Source: Candidatus Latescibacterota bacterium
Lineage (GTDB): Bacteria > Latescibacterota > UBA2968 > UBA8231
Length of the DNA: 64,000 bases
Direction: 5' to 3'
Assembly (NCBI GenBank): GCA_965203175.1
Contig: OZ241867.1
Span: 3,520,001 to 3,584,000 of the forward strand
How positions within the stretch are numbered: position 1 is the stretch's first letter; every line of letters starts with the position of its first letter. Shown here piece by piece: positions 1-8,999 of this stretch. The translations under genes and the position numbers were made by a program. The notes below the pieces were generated by a model that saw only the letters and a list, made by a program, of their open reading frames with translations, was not told where the DNA came from and searched no databases.

Positions 1-2
1 AC

Positions 3-89
3 TGGCTCTGCGGCATTGACCAAGAGGTCGCGCTGCGCTGGGAAAGGTCGCAGCCGGTTTCCGAACTGATAAAGGAAGGCACTCCATGA
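3..89 (+). CDS. 3' end of an upstream gene (partial, product unknown)
   Basis: Open frame WLCGIDQEVALRWERSQPVSELIKEGTP* whose TGA overlaps the next ATG (ATGA at 86-89). Confidence 0.45.
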   Translation, partial: WLCGIDQEVALRWERSQPVSELIKEGTP

Positions 90-1141
90 CCGCCAACAGA
101 CCTTACGCATTGCGCGCTGTCCCCGGCTTGTACGCCAGCAAGCCGGGAATCCAAGTCGCCGTCCAGACCTCACACAAGGCCAGCGGCGAGGATTTGCAAT
201 TCTTCCAACAACTCGGCGTCGAGTGGGTCATGCTCGGCATTGACGACCCGGCATTGCACAGCGTCGAACACTACAAACAGTTCGCCGCGCGCTTTGCCCA
301 ATACGGTCTGCAGATCTATCGCATCGCCAATCACGCGGTCCACAATGTCTCAGAGATTACGCTCAATCTGCCCGGCCGCGACGAGAAAGTCGAAGAACTA
401 ATCCAATTCATCCGCGATCTCGGTGCCGCTGGTATCCGCTACCACACGTACGCCCACATGGGTAACGGCATCTGGAGCACCGGCCGCACCACCCGTCGCG
501 GCGGCATGAGCGCGCGAACCCTCGACATCAAAAACGCCACGGGTCGCTGGGGTAGCGAGACTTTTGTTGGCGACTTGACCCACGGCCGCGCCTATACGGA
601 AGACGAGCTGTGGGAAAACTACGAGTACATGATCCGCAAGGTCGCTCCGGTCGCCGAGGAAGCTGGGGTCTATATCGGCATCCATCCCGACGACCCGCCG
701 GTCTACGCCCTAGGCGGAATACCGCGCTGCATCTTCGGCAATTTTGCCGGGTACAAGCGGGCGATGGACATCGCCGACAGTCCCAATATCGGCGTTTGTC
801 TGTGCGTCGGCTGCTGGCTGGAGGGCGGCAAGCAGGGTATGGGGGCGTCAGTCGAAGAAGCAATACACTACTTTGGCGCGCGCAACAAGCTCTTCAAAAT
901 TCACTTCCGCAACGTCTCCAACCCCATGCCCGACCCGTGGGTCGAAACCCTGATGGACGACGGCTATCAGGACATGCACAGCGTGATGCAGGCCCTGCGC
1001 GCCGTCGCGTTCGATGGAGCCATCATTCCCGACCACATTCCCGAGATGCTGGGAGGAAGTCGCGTGGGCGTCGCGTACTCCATTGCCTATATGCGGGCGC
1101 TGGTGCAGGCCGTCAACAACGAAAGCGACGGCCCGGCGTAG
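86..1141 (+). CDS. uxuA: Mannonate dehydratase (UxuA) family protein
   Basis: LWENYEYMIRKVAPVAEEAGVYIGIHPDDPP, IHFRNV and IIPDHIP motifs; RBS AAGGAAGG. Confidence 0.75.
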   Translation: MTANRPYALRAVPGLYASKPGIQVAVQTSHKASGEDLQFFQQLGVEWVMLGIDDPALHSVEHYKQFAARFAQYGLQIYRIANHAVHNVSEITLNLPGRDEKVEELIQFIRDLGAAGIRYHTYAHMGNGIWSTGRTTRRGGMSARTLDIKNATGRWGSETFVGDLTHGRAYTEDELWENYEYMIRKVAPVAEEAGVYIGIHPDDPPVYALGGIPRCIFGNFAGYKRAMDIADSPNIGVCLCVGCWLEGGKQGMGASVEEAIHYFGARNKLFKIHFRNVSNPMPDPWVETLMDDGYQDMHSVMQALRAVAFDGAIIPDHIPEMLGGSRVGVAYSIAYMRALVQAVNNESDGPA

Positions 1142-1305
1142 CCGTACCTGCCGCGGCATACTTTATCGGCCATCTGTCCGTCGGTAATCGGGATGACTAG
1201 GCGCACTGCTCCGACTACACCTGCCGAGATGCCGGCTGAGCACTGTCTCCTAGCACGGCGACAGCATCCCCATTTCCTTTCAATCAAATAGAGGAAAGGC
1301 GAGAA

Positions 1306-3336
1306 ATGGCTACCACGCCGACCATCGTTAGTACCGACATCCTCCCCCCGCCCGAGTGGGCGTTGTTGCAGCGTCGCCTGTTCAGCATCTTGGAGACCGC
1401 GGGTGACGTCGCCACGGAGGGCTATGCCCGCTCCGACGGCCGGGTGTACCATTTCTTCGACGTGGATGACGCCTACGAAAGCCGCTCCATGCGCGCCATG
1501 CTCTACGCCCTAGGCGGCCACGAGCGCTTCCTCCACATTGCCAAGCGGGAATGGGATGCGATCACTTGGCTCTACAGCGAAGAGCGCCAACTGACCGACG
1601 ACGAGCCTAGGCATCCCATGTACATGCCGCAGTTGCGCAACGAGTACTGGAACCTCAGCATCCCCTTCAACGCCGACTGGTTCCACATGGGCGAGGGCAA
1701 TCAGATGCTCTACGACTTTGGCGTCGCCGACCCGACCAATCCGTCCAATCGCGAGCGCGCTCGCAAGTTCGCCGCCATGTACATCGGCGAGGATTCCAAC
1801 GCGCCCAACTTCGATACCGAGCACGGCGTCTTCCGCTCGCCACTCCACGGCGGTGCCGGCCCGCTGACGTCCGTGCGCCAGCACGAAGGCATTGTCCACC
1901 GAGGCGGGGACATCTCGGATCACGTCCACTTGGTGCGCCACTGGCTCGATCGCGGCTCGCTGGGCGATTTTGGCCATCGCAACGCGCTCCAGGACAACCC
2001 GAGTACTGAGCCGCTGACGCCTCACTTTCTCTACCCGAAGATCAAGGAGCTCGAGCCGCGGTGGTACGAGGACGAGGCTCGTCGCGAGGAAATCCTCGAT
2101 CTCTTCGACGAGATGGCGCTCCAGGGCGACGAACCAGCTGGCCTCTGCGCCACGGCCTTGGTGACCAACGCCTACCTCTACACCGGCGACGAGAAGTACA
2201 AGAAGTGGGTCCTCGACTACGTCGGCGGCTGGATAGAGCGCATCCGCAAAAACGATGGGGTCATTCCCGACAACGTCGGTCCTACCGGCAAGATCGGCGA
2301 ACACCGCGACGGCCAGTGGTGGGGGGGATTGCACGGCTGGAGCAGCAGCGAGAGCGCGGCCGACCGACTCTTTCTCGGTCTCATCGTCGGGGCCCAGTGC
2401 GCCCATCTGCTCAGCGGCGACGACTACTACCTCGAAGTGTTGCGCTCGCAGATCGTCGCCCTCCTCGACCGCGGCAAGACCGAGCGTGGCGAGTTGGTGG
2501 TGCCGAAGAGCCACGGACCCGACGGCTGGACCGGCTACGCCGAGTTCACCATCCGCGGCGGCCCCACCCATCTGGTCAACCTGTGGCACGAGTCCATGTC
2601 ACAGGGCGACTACGAGCTCGTCACCCGGGTGCGGGACGGCGGCGGCACCGACTGGAACGCGCTCCCGCCCATCGGCGACCGCGGCGGTGCCCGCACTGAA
2701 TTCGCCCGCTTCCAGTATTACGACGGCAAGAACCCGGACTGGCCGGTGCAGTGTTTGCAGACCGACTACCAACAGGTCGCCGATTTCCTCGAGGGTATGA
2801 TGCGCGACACTCGCACCGTCCAGCAGATCATAGCAGACAACGCTTGGCCGCCGAACCCCGTGATCGTCAAGGGCCTCGTACAGACGACTATGGGCTGCCC
2901 TGGTCAACTCTACAACGGGGGAATACTGCGCGCGACCGTGCGTTACTTTGACGCCGACGCCATCCGTCCCGGCCTACCGCCGGACGTGGCCGCCCTCGTC
3001 GATGATCTCTCCGCCAATGGATGCGGAATCCAGCTAGTGAACACCAGCCACAGCGAGTGCCGGAACCTTATCGTCCAGTCCGGTGCCTTCGGCGAGCATT
3101 CCTTCACGGAAGTGGAGTTCACGGGGACGGATTACAGCAGCGACGACCTCAACCCCAATACCCGCGTGCGTTCGAGCAAGACCGTGACCGCCAATACCAT
3201 CCAGGTCAACGGCAAGCACTTCACCGTGACCTTGCCGCCGATGACGTCCGTGCGCCTGGCCTGCGGCCTGAGACGGTTTGTAAACGACCCCAGCTACGCC
3301 TTTCCCTGGCACGGCGGCGAGGTCCCGGTCGAGTAG
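1306..3336 (+). CDS. Hypothetical protein, 676 aa, possible alpha/alpha-toroid
   Basis: Long ORF with strong GC3 bias and RBS; AYLYTGDEKYKKW helix motif reminiscent of six-hairpin glycosidase-like folds. Confidence 0.8.
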   Translation: MATTPTIVSTDILPPPEWALLQRRLFSILETAGDVATEGYARSDGRVYHFFDVDDAYESRSMRAMLYALGGHERFLHIAKREWDAITWLYSEERQLTDDEPRHPMYMPQLRNEYWNLSIPFNADWFHMGEGNQMLYDFGVADPTNPSNRERARKFAAMYIGEDSNAPNFDTEHGVFRSPLHGGAGPLTSVRQHEGIVHRGGDISDHVHLVRHWLDRGSLGDFGHRNALQDNPSTEPLTPHFLYPKIKELEPRWYEDEARREEILDLFDEMALQGDEPAGLCATALVTNAYLYTGDEKYKKWVLDYVGGWIERIRKNDGVIPDNVGPTGKIGEHRDGQWWGGLHGWSSSESAADRLFLGLIVGAQCAHLLSGDDYYLEVLRSQIVALLDRGKTERGELVVPKSHGPDGWTGYAEFTIRGGPTHLVNLWHESMSQGDYELVTRVRDGGGTDWNALPPIGDRGGARTEFARFQYYDGKNPDWPVQCLQTDYQQVADFLEGMMRDTRTVQQIIADNAWPPNPVIVKGLVQTTMGCPGQLYNGGILRATVRYFDADAIRPGLPPDVAALVDDLSANGCGIQLVNTSHSECRNLIVQSGAFGEHSFTEVEFTGTDYSSDDLNPNTRVRSSKTVTANTIQVNGKHFTVTLPPMTSVRLACGLRRFVNDPSYAFPWHGGEVPVE

Positions 3337-3369
3337 GTGGTTTGGGGCCCGGCCTAGCCGCGAGTCGCG

Positions 3370-3398
3370 TTGACTTTGCGCAGGATAGGCCCTAATAT
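3370..3398 (+). promoter_or_regulatory. Sigma70-type promoter of the tRNA pair
   Basis: TTGACT-17 bp-TAATAT, 27 bp upstream of tRNA-Arg. Confidence 0.7.
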
Positions 3399-3425
3399 TT
3401 TTAAATGCTTGCACCGCTTGGCGAT

Positions 3426-3502
3426 GTGCCCATAGCTCAGTTGGATAGAGCATCTGCCTTCTAAGCAGACGGTCGTAGGTTCGAGTCCTACTGGGCACGC
3501 CA
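3426..3502 (+). tRNA. tRNA-Arg(TCT)
   Basis: Acceptor GTGCCCA/TGGGCAC, anticodon arm TCTGC-CTTCTAA-GCAGA, GGTTCGAGTCC T-arm, encoded CCA. Confidence 0.97.
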
Positions 3503-3522
3503 TGCAGCCCTCAAGACATAGT

Positions 3523-3600
3523 GGTGGATGTAGCTCAGTTGGTTAGAGCGCCAGGTTGTGGCCCTGGAGGGCGCGGGTTCAACTCCCGTCATCCACCCCA
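3523..3600 (+). tRNA. tRNA-His(GTG)
   Basis: G-1, acceptor GTGGATG/CATCCAC, anticodon arm CCAGG-TTGTGGC-CCTGG, CCA end. Confidence 0.96.
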
Positions 3601-3622
3601 TCTTTTGACCTCGTCGTTATCC

Positions 3623-4138
3623 ATGCAGTCGCCCGATGGACAGCCGGCCTTGGCCGGTCCCGCCAAAATCATTACGTGCGATCAATTGCTCGCCGTCCGC
3701 AGCCAAGCGAGAAAAGCGCGGCAGACCTTTGTCTTCACCAATGGATGCTTTGACTTGCTGCACCGTGGTCACGTCGAGTACCTGCGCGCGGCGCGTGCCT
3801 TGGGCGACTGTCTCGCGGTGGGGTTAAACGACGACGATGGGGTTCGCGCGCTGAAGGGCCACGGACGGCCCGTCTGCTCGCAAGACGACCGTGCTGCCGT
3901 GCTCGCGGCCTTAGAGTGCGTTTCGCATGTGTGTATCTTCTCTGGTGAAAGCGTCGAGGGCCTTGTGGCCGCGCTCGCGCCCGATGTCTTGGTCAAGGGG
4001 GGCGATTACGCCCCAGCCGCCATCGTCGGCCGCGAACACGTCGAAGCGCGTGGCGGCCAAGTTCGCGCTCTGCCGCTGTGGCCGGGCACTTCCACCACCC
4101 AATTAGTCGAGCGCATCAAGGCGCTGCCCAGCGCGTGA
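3623..4138 (+). CDS. rfaE2: D-glycero-beta-D-manno-heptose 1-phosphate adenylyltransferase (RfaE domain II)
   Basis: FTNGCFDLLHRGH, VGLNDD..KG.GRP and PDVLVKGGDY motifs; start moved downstream of tRNA-His. Confidence 0.9.
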   Translation: MQSPDGQPALAGPAKIITCDQLLAVRSQARKARQTFVFTNGCFDLLHRGHVEYLRAARALGDCLAVGLNDDDGVRALKGHGRPVCSQDDRAAVLAALECVSHVCIFSGESVEGLVAALAPDVLVKGGDYAPAAIVGREHVEARGGQVRALPLWPGTSTTQLVERIKALPSA

Positions 4139-4213
4139 CGAGATTTGGTTTGAGAGGGGGATTATGCTATATTCGTCAAAGATGGTTCATTTGTGCTTCC
4201 AATAAAAAATGCA

Positions 4214-4951
4214 ATGAAAAGCGCTAAAAGCGCGTTGGTGTTGGCCTTGGGCCTTGGGGCTTGTGCTGCGCCGCCGCAAATCGAACAACCCCCCGTCCAG
4301 TGGGAAGATGCCCAGCCAGAGGGAAAAAGCGAGGCCCTCCAGGTCCTCGAACGCGCTGTTGCAGCCGCGTACGAGCGCGAGCAAGCCATGGCCGAGCGCG
4401 TGCGCCAGTTAGAAACATCCAACGCCCAGTTGCGGCAGGCCCTTAGGACCCTCCAAAGCCAGAGCCGCGTCCTGAGTGCGCGGCTAGATTCTTTGCCACG
4501 TCGCGTGAAGCCGCGCGTTGCCGCTAGCACCAGCACCCCCGCTACACGATCCGATGCGACGGCTGCCATCGGCAAAAGAGAGGCGTTCAATATGTATCAA
4601 GGGGCGCTTGCCTACTATCGCCAAGAGCAATACGACCGCGCCTTGGTCGAGTTTGACCGCTTGCTGCAGGAAGCCCCTATGAGCGAGTGGTCCGACAACG
4701 CTCAGTACTGGAAGGGAGAGTGCTATTACGGGCTGCGCAAATACCAGCAGGCGCTCATCGAATTCACCAAGGTGTTTGCCTTCAGCAATACGGGTAAGGC
4801 CGACGACGCCCAAATAAAAATAGCCAACTGCCACATCAAGTTGGACGAACGCGACCGGGCGCTTGCGGCCTTGCGCAAGCTGATTGACGAATATCCAGAT
4901 AGTGAATACGTGCCCATTGTCCGCGACAAGATAAAGCAGCTCGGTGGTTGA
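4214..4951 (+). CDS. cpoB: Tol-Pal associated TPR lipoprotein YbgF/CpoB
   Basis: Lipobox LGAC, coiled coil, TPR with DNAQYWKGECYY and LIDEYPDS. Confidence 0.8.
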   Translation: MKSAKSALVLALGLGACAAPPQIEQPPVQWEDAQPEGKSEALQVLERAVAAAYEREQAMAERVRQLETSNAQLRQALRTLQSQSRVLSARLDSLPRRVKPRVAASTSTPATRSDATAAIGKREAFNMYQGALAYYRQEQYDRALVEFDRLLQEAPMSEWSDNAQYWKGECYYGLRKYQQALIEFTKVFAFSNTGKADDAQIKIANCHIKLDERDRALAALRKLIDEYPDSEYVPIVRDKIKQLGG

Positions 4952-5574
4952 TGAGAACGATCTTACTCCGAGCCTGTTATCGCCTTTTGGCCGCGCTGAT
5001 GCTCTGTGCCACCGCGTCGGTCGCCGTTCCTTTTCCCACCAATATGGACTTGTTGGTCGAGACCGTGGCGAGTGCGGTCGATGAGAGTCTGGCGCGCATT
5101 GAGATGCCGGACGCCGCGGCGACGGCCCCCTTGTTGGTCGTGGCACAGAGCAGGCACGATGCCAATTGGATGGTCGAGCACCTGCTGGCCAATCGGCTAT
5201 TGACGCGCGGCTTTAGCGTGACTTTGGATTCGACGGCAGTCCAACCGGCGAGTATGCGCCTGTCCTACCGGGTGCTCGACCTCGGCGTCTCCGCGCATTC
5301 GGGATTGCGCGGCAGCAAAGTCAGCCGTCAGGGCCGGGTAACGCTCGCCCTGCGCTTGAGCGATGAGCGCGACGATGTGGTCCACTGGCAGGATGAAATC
5401 ACCCGCACGCAGCGCGATCAGATCCCCAAAAAGCAGCTAGAAATGCTCCAGCACGACCAATTCGAATTCGCCAAGACCGAGTTAGAGGAACAAACGTGGA
5501 GCAAATTTGTCGAACCTGTGATCGTATCCACCGTGCTCGGTGGGCTTATCTATTTGTTCTTTTCTAATCGCTAG
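4948..5574 (+). CDS. Hypothetical exported or membrane protein
   Basis: Signal-peptide-like N-terminus, C-terminal TM segment (EPVIVSTVLGGLIYLFFSNR), translationally coupled. Confidence 0.75.
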   Translation: MMRTILLRACYRLLAALMLCATASVAVPFPTNMDLLVETVASAVDESLARIEMPDAAATAPLLVVAQSRHDANWMVEHLLANRLLTRGFSVTLDSTAVQPASMRLSYRVLDLGVSAHSGLRGSKVSRQGRVTLALRLSDERDDVVHWQDEITRTQRDQIPKKQLEMLQHDQFEFAKTELEEQTWSKFVEPVIVSTVLGGLIYLFFSNR

Positions 5575-5577
5575 GCT

Positions 5578-6324
5578 ATGAAATACCTCGCTTTCCCGCT
5601 CGTCTTGTTCATCGCCGCTTGTGCCAGCACGCCGCCCGAGAAACTCCAAGGCGCGGATTACTACTTTGAAGAAGGCCAAAAGGCCATGGAGAAAGACCGC
5701 TGCCTAGAGGCCTCCGAGCACTTCAAGCGCTTAGTTAGTAACTTTCCTGGCTCGCATCGGGTCGCCGAGGCGCAGTTCCTCCTCGCCGAAGCGCACTTTT
5801 GCAATCGCGATTGGGTCAACGCAGCCTTTGAGTATCAGCGCATCGTCGATATTTATCCGTCTAGCGAATGGGCGGTCGAGGCACAGTTCAAGGTAGGCGA
5901 GTCGTACTACAAGCAATTGCGCCGCCCGGAGCTGGATCAGAAGGAGACCTTTGAGGCCCTGACGGCCTTCCGCAACTTTATCGAGGACCATTCCGACTCG
6001 CCCTTAGTTGAACAGGCGCTCCAGCGCATCGTCGAGTGCCGGAGTCGCTTGGCCCAAAAGCAGTACCTAAGTGGCCGCTTGTACCACAAACAGGGCCATC
6101 TCGACGCGGCCAAAATGATCTACGAGGACGTGTTGCGCGAGTACCCGGACGTCGGCGAGTGGTATTACACCACTCTCTTCCGCATGGGCGAAATCGCCCG
6201 CACCCAGGGCGATGTGGACCTGGCGGTGCGCTATTGGAAGGAAGTGCTGCAAGACAGCGGCAACCCGGAGTTGGTGGAGGACGTGCAAAAGCACCTGTCC
6301 GGGCTGAGCCAATCGCCGGGCTAA
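5578..6324 (+). CDS. bamD: Outer membrane protein assembly factor BamD
   Basis: Lipobox IAAC, TPR repeats, ELDQKET.EA..AF.NFI..H.DS motif. Confidence 0.88.
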   Translation: MKYLAFPLVLFIAACASTPPEKLQGADYYFEEGQKAMEKDRCLEASEHFKRLVSNFPGSHRVAEAQFLLAEAHFCNRDWVNAAFEYQRIVDIYPSSEWAVEAQFKVGESYYKQLRRPELDQKETFEALTAFRNFIEDHSDSPLVEQALQRIVECRSRLAQKQYLSGRLYHKQGHLDAAKMIYEDVLREYPDVGEWYYTTLFRMGEIARTQGDVDLAVRYWKEVLQDSGNPELVEDVQKHLSGLSQSPG

Positions 6325-6326
6325 AC

Positions 6327-6911
6327 ATGCGGCGCATCGGCGTCATCGGCGGCACCTTTGACCCCATTCATCACGGCCATCTGCTCTTGGCCCGCTTCGC
6401 CTTAGAGCAAATCCCCCTCGACGAAGTGCTCTTCATTCCGGCTGCCGATCCGCCGCTCAAGCAGGGCGCGTACGCGCCGGCTGAGGAGCGCTGGGCCATG
6501 GTCGAACTGGCCGTGGCTGGCTGCGCCGACTTTGCGGCCTCGCGCTTGGAGCTAGACCGCCCGGGCAAGTCCTATACCGTTGAAACCCTGCGCCTGCTGC
6601 ACCAGCGTTATCCCCATGCCGCGCTATCTTTTATTATCGGCGCGGACAACATCGGCCAGCTAGACGAGTGGCACGATCTTGAAGGCATTTTTGCCCAGTG
6701 TACGGTGGTGGTGGGAGCGCGTCCTGGCGAGGTGGTGGGCGACCCGAAGCTACTGGCGCGCCTGCGCTTCATAGATACTCCGCTCATCGAGCTGTCCTCG
6801 ACCGAGATTAGGACGCGCCGGGCCGCTGGCCTGTCCATCCGCTTCATGGTGCCCGAAGCGGTCGAGGCCCACATACTTGCGAAAGGATTGTACGCCACTC
6901 CGTGTTCATGA
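6327..6911 (+). CDS. nadD: Nicotinate-nucleotide adenylyltransferase
   Basis: GGTFDPIHHGH, SYTVETL, FIIGAD and LSSTEIR motifs. Confidence 0.95.
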   Translation: MRRIGVIGGTFDPIHHGHLLLARFALEQIPLDEVLFIPAADPPLKQGAYAPAEERWAMVELAVAGCADFAASRLELDRPGKSYTVETLRLLHQRYPHAALSFIIGADNIGQLDEWHDLEGIFAQCTVVVGARPGEVVGDPKLLARLRFIDTPLIELSSTEIRTRRAAGLSIRFMVPEAVEAHILAKGLYATPCS

Positions 6912-8077
6912 CGCATTTAGAATGTTCCCGTACGGGCGCACATTACGACGCCGACGTGTTGCAGAACCTGTCGGAGGTCGGTGCGCCCCTCCTCGCCCGC
7001 TACGACCTCGACCGGGCTAGACGCGAGCTGGACCGCGCCGCGCTCAGCACCCGCTCGCCGACGATGTGGCGCTACCGGGAAGTCATGCCCATCCGCACGC
7101 CCGAGGAAATTGTCTCCCTCGGTGAGGGTTTCACCCCGTTGCTCCGCCCGGAGCGCTTGGAGCGCTGGATGGGCTTTTCCCAGCTCTACATCAAAGACGA
7201 ATCGCCCAATCCCACCGGCTCCTTCAAGGCGCGCGGCCTCTCGGCTGCCGTCACTTGTGCCCGCGCGCGCGGCGCAAAAAAGCTGGCCATCCCCACGGCG
7301 GGCAATGCCGGTGGCGCGATGGCGGCTTATGCGGCTGCCTGTGGTCTGCCGGCGATTGTCTTTATGCCCCGCGATACGCCGCAGGCCTTTGTCGCCGAGT
7401 GTCGGTCCTGCGGCGCTGAGGTCGAACTGGTTGACGGACTGATCAGCGATTGCGGCCGCATCATCGGCGAGCGCAAGGAAGCCGAGGGGTGGTTCGAGGT
7501 ATCGACCCTGAAGGAGCCGTACCGCATCGAGGGCAAGAAGACCTTGGGCTACGAGCTGGCCGAGCAGCTAGATTGGTCCCTGCCCGACGTGGTGATATAT
7601 CCCACGGGTGGGGGCACGGGGCTGATCGGGATGTGGAAGGCATTCGCCGAACTGGAGCAACTCGGCTGGATTGGCGAGCACCGGCCGCGGATGATCTCGG
7701 TGCAGGCCGAGGGCTGTGCGCCGATTGTCCGGGCCTTTGCCCGCGGTGATGAAGCCGCCCAGGCGTGGGAAGGTGCTCACACGGTAGCTTCTGGTCTGCG
7801 CGTCCCCAGTGCGGTCGGCGACTTTCTGATGTTGCAGGCGTTGCGAGAAAGCGGCGGCACAGCCATTGCCGTCAGCGACGAGGAATTGATCGCGCATTCG
7901 CACAGTATGGCGGCGCACGCGGGCATTTTCCCTGCACCCGAAGGCGGGGCAACGCTAGCGGCCCTAATCAAGCTCAAGGAGCAGGGGCTAGTGGCCCCGG
8001 ACGAGCGCGTGGTGCTCTTCAATACGGGGTCGGGTTACAAGTACTTGGAAGCTCTGTCCGAGGGGCTCGCGCCTTGA
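6902..8077 (+). CDS. thrC: Threonine synthase (PLP fold type II)
   Basis: SLGEGFTPL, NPTGSFKARG, TAGNAG, YPTGGGTG and FNTGSGYKY motifs. Confidence 0.88.
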   Translation: MFMTHLECSRTGAHYDADVLQNLSEVGAPLLARYDLDRARRELDRAALSTRSPTMWRYREVMPIRTPEEIVSLGEGFTPLLRPERLERWMGFSQLYIKDESPNPTGSFKARGLSAAVTCARARGAKKLAIPTAGNAGGAMAAYAAACGLPAIVFMPRDTPQAFVAECRSCGAEVELVDGLISDCGRIIGERKEAEGWFEVSTLKEPYRIEGKKTLGYELAEQLDWSLPDVVIYPTGGGTGLIGMWKAFAELEQLGWIGEHRPRMISVQAEGCAPIVRAFARGDEAAQAWEGAHTVASGLRVPSAVGDFLMLQALRESGGTAIAVSDEELIAHSHSMAAHAGIFPAPEGGATLAALIKLKEQGLVAPDERVVLFNTGSGYKYLEALSEGLAP

Positions 8078-8102
8078 CGAGAATGGGGGCGGCGTCTATT
8101 TT
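8074..8102 (+). promoter_or_regulatory. Putative sigma70 promoter of tRNA-Arg(ACG)
   Basis: TTGACG-17 bp-TATTTT overlapping the thrC stop codon. Confidence 0.5.
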
Positions 8103-8115
8103 ATGACACTGCTTT

Positions 8116-8192
8116 GCACCCATAGCTCAATTGGATAGAGCACCTGACTACGGATCAGAAGGTTCGGGGTTCGAGTCCCTGTGGGTGCGCCA
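8116..8192 (+). tRNA. tRNA-Arg(ACG)
   Basis: Acceptor GCACCCA/TGGGTGC, anticodon loop CTACGGA, T-loop TTCGAGT, CCA end. Confidence 0.97.
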
Positions 8193-8200
8193 TTAAAAAC

Positions 8201-8236
8201 AACGGGTTACGTCAAAAGACGTAGCCCGTTTTGCTT
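8201..8236 (+). terminator. Hairpin after the tRNA (intrinsic terminator or att-associated)
   Basis: AACGGGTTACGTC-AAAA-GACGTAGCCCGTT followed by TTGCTTT. Confidence 0.7.
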
Positions 8237-8414
8237 TGTGGGAAAGTCGTGTCAGCACTATGTCAGCAGAAAGTAGAAGGAACCCAATGATATGGATGCT
8301 GTTCAAATTGCTGTCGCTATTCGGTCGTGAGCCTCTTTGAAGCCTAATCGGCTGCTCAACGCTGGCTTTTGGCTTGTGCTGAGGCGTGGGCTGGTTGGTG
8401 TGTTTTTCTCCGCC

Positions 8415-8457
8415 TGTCGCTATGTCACCCGCCTTATCACCGACCCGGCCTCCAAAA
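8415..8457 (+). repeat. 43-bp diverged copy of 9216-9258 (fragment of a paralogue of the downstream gene)
   Basis: 39/43 identity; 3 of the 4 differences are synonymous in the CRYVTR(F/L)ITDPASK frame. Confidence 0.85.
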
Positions 8458-8629
8458 TTGGGCGGTAGCCCAGAAGCCCTTTCTGTCGATAGTTTTCAAG
8501 ATCGCGTCCCGACCAAAGACAGGCTTACTGCTGCGCTAAATGCTCCGTTGACAACGCCTTTATCTCCCTCGTATGTTTTCTTACATAACCTGAAGCATAG
8601 CCGCTCTCGTCGCCCGTCGGAGGCCCAAG

Positions 8630-8902
8630 ATGTCGTCTGTAGATATAAAGATTGAATGCCCTGCCAACATTCTGAATGCGCTAAAAGAAACCCCTGATGA
8701 ATTTGCACAGGAAGCACGAATACTTTTGGCTGCAAAGCTTTATGAAATTGGTCGCTTATCCTCAGGGCGAGCTGCAGAACTCGCCGGCCTAGGCAGAGTG
8801 GCTTTTTTTGATATTTTGAAGTCGTACAAAGTTCCTGTTGCGAATTTAACCCGCGAAGAGTTGAAGAAGGACTTCGAGAGTGCCAGAAAGATGCGTGGTT
8901 GA
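8630..8902 (+). CDS. UPF0175 family putative antitoxin
   Basis: LAAKLYEIGRLSSGRAAELAGLGRVAF motif; RBS GGAGG. Confidence 0.88.
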   Translation: MSSVDIKIECPANILNALKETPDEFAQEARILLAAKLYEIGRLSSGRAAELAGLGRVAFFDILKSYKVPVANLTREELKKDFESARKMRG

Positions 8903-8984
8903 TACATCTGTACTACAGTATCTTTTTCGCATCGGCCAATTGGATATTCTCCAGACACTCTTTGATGAAGTTCTATCGCTTTAA
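8880..8984 (+). pseudogene. Truncated DUF3368/PIN-type toxin (34 codons)
   Basis: MPERCVVDTSVLQYLFRIGQLDILQTLFDEV matches the DUF3368 N-terminal pattern and overlaps the UPF0175 stop, then ends. Confidence 0.75.
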
Positions 8985-8999
8985 TAAAAAAAGGCCTTT

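Noticed and set aside
1510-2589. Long antisense or alternative-frame ORFs over GC-rich genes (this one and many others in the track)
   Set aside because: Expected shadows of high-GC3 coding sequence, with no motifs or RBS
3521-3622. N-terminal extension of the 3521-4138 ORF
   Set aside because: It is a translation of tRNA-His; the real start is ATG at 3623
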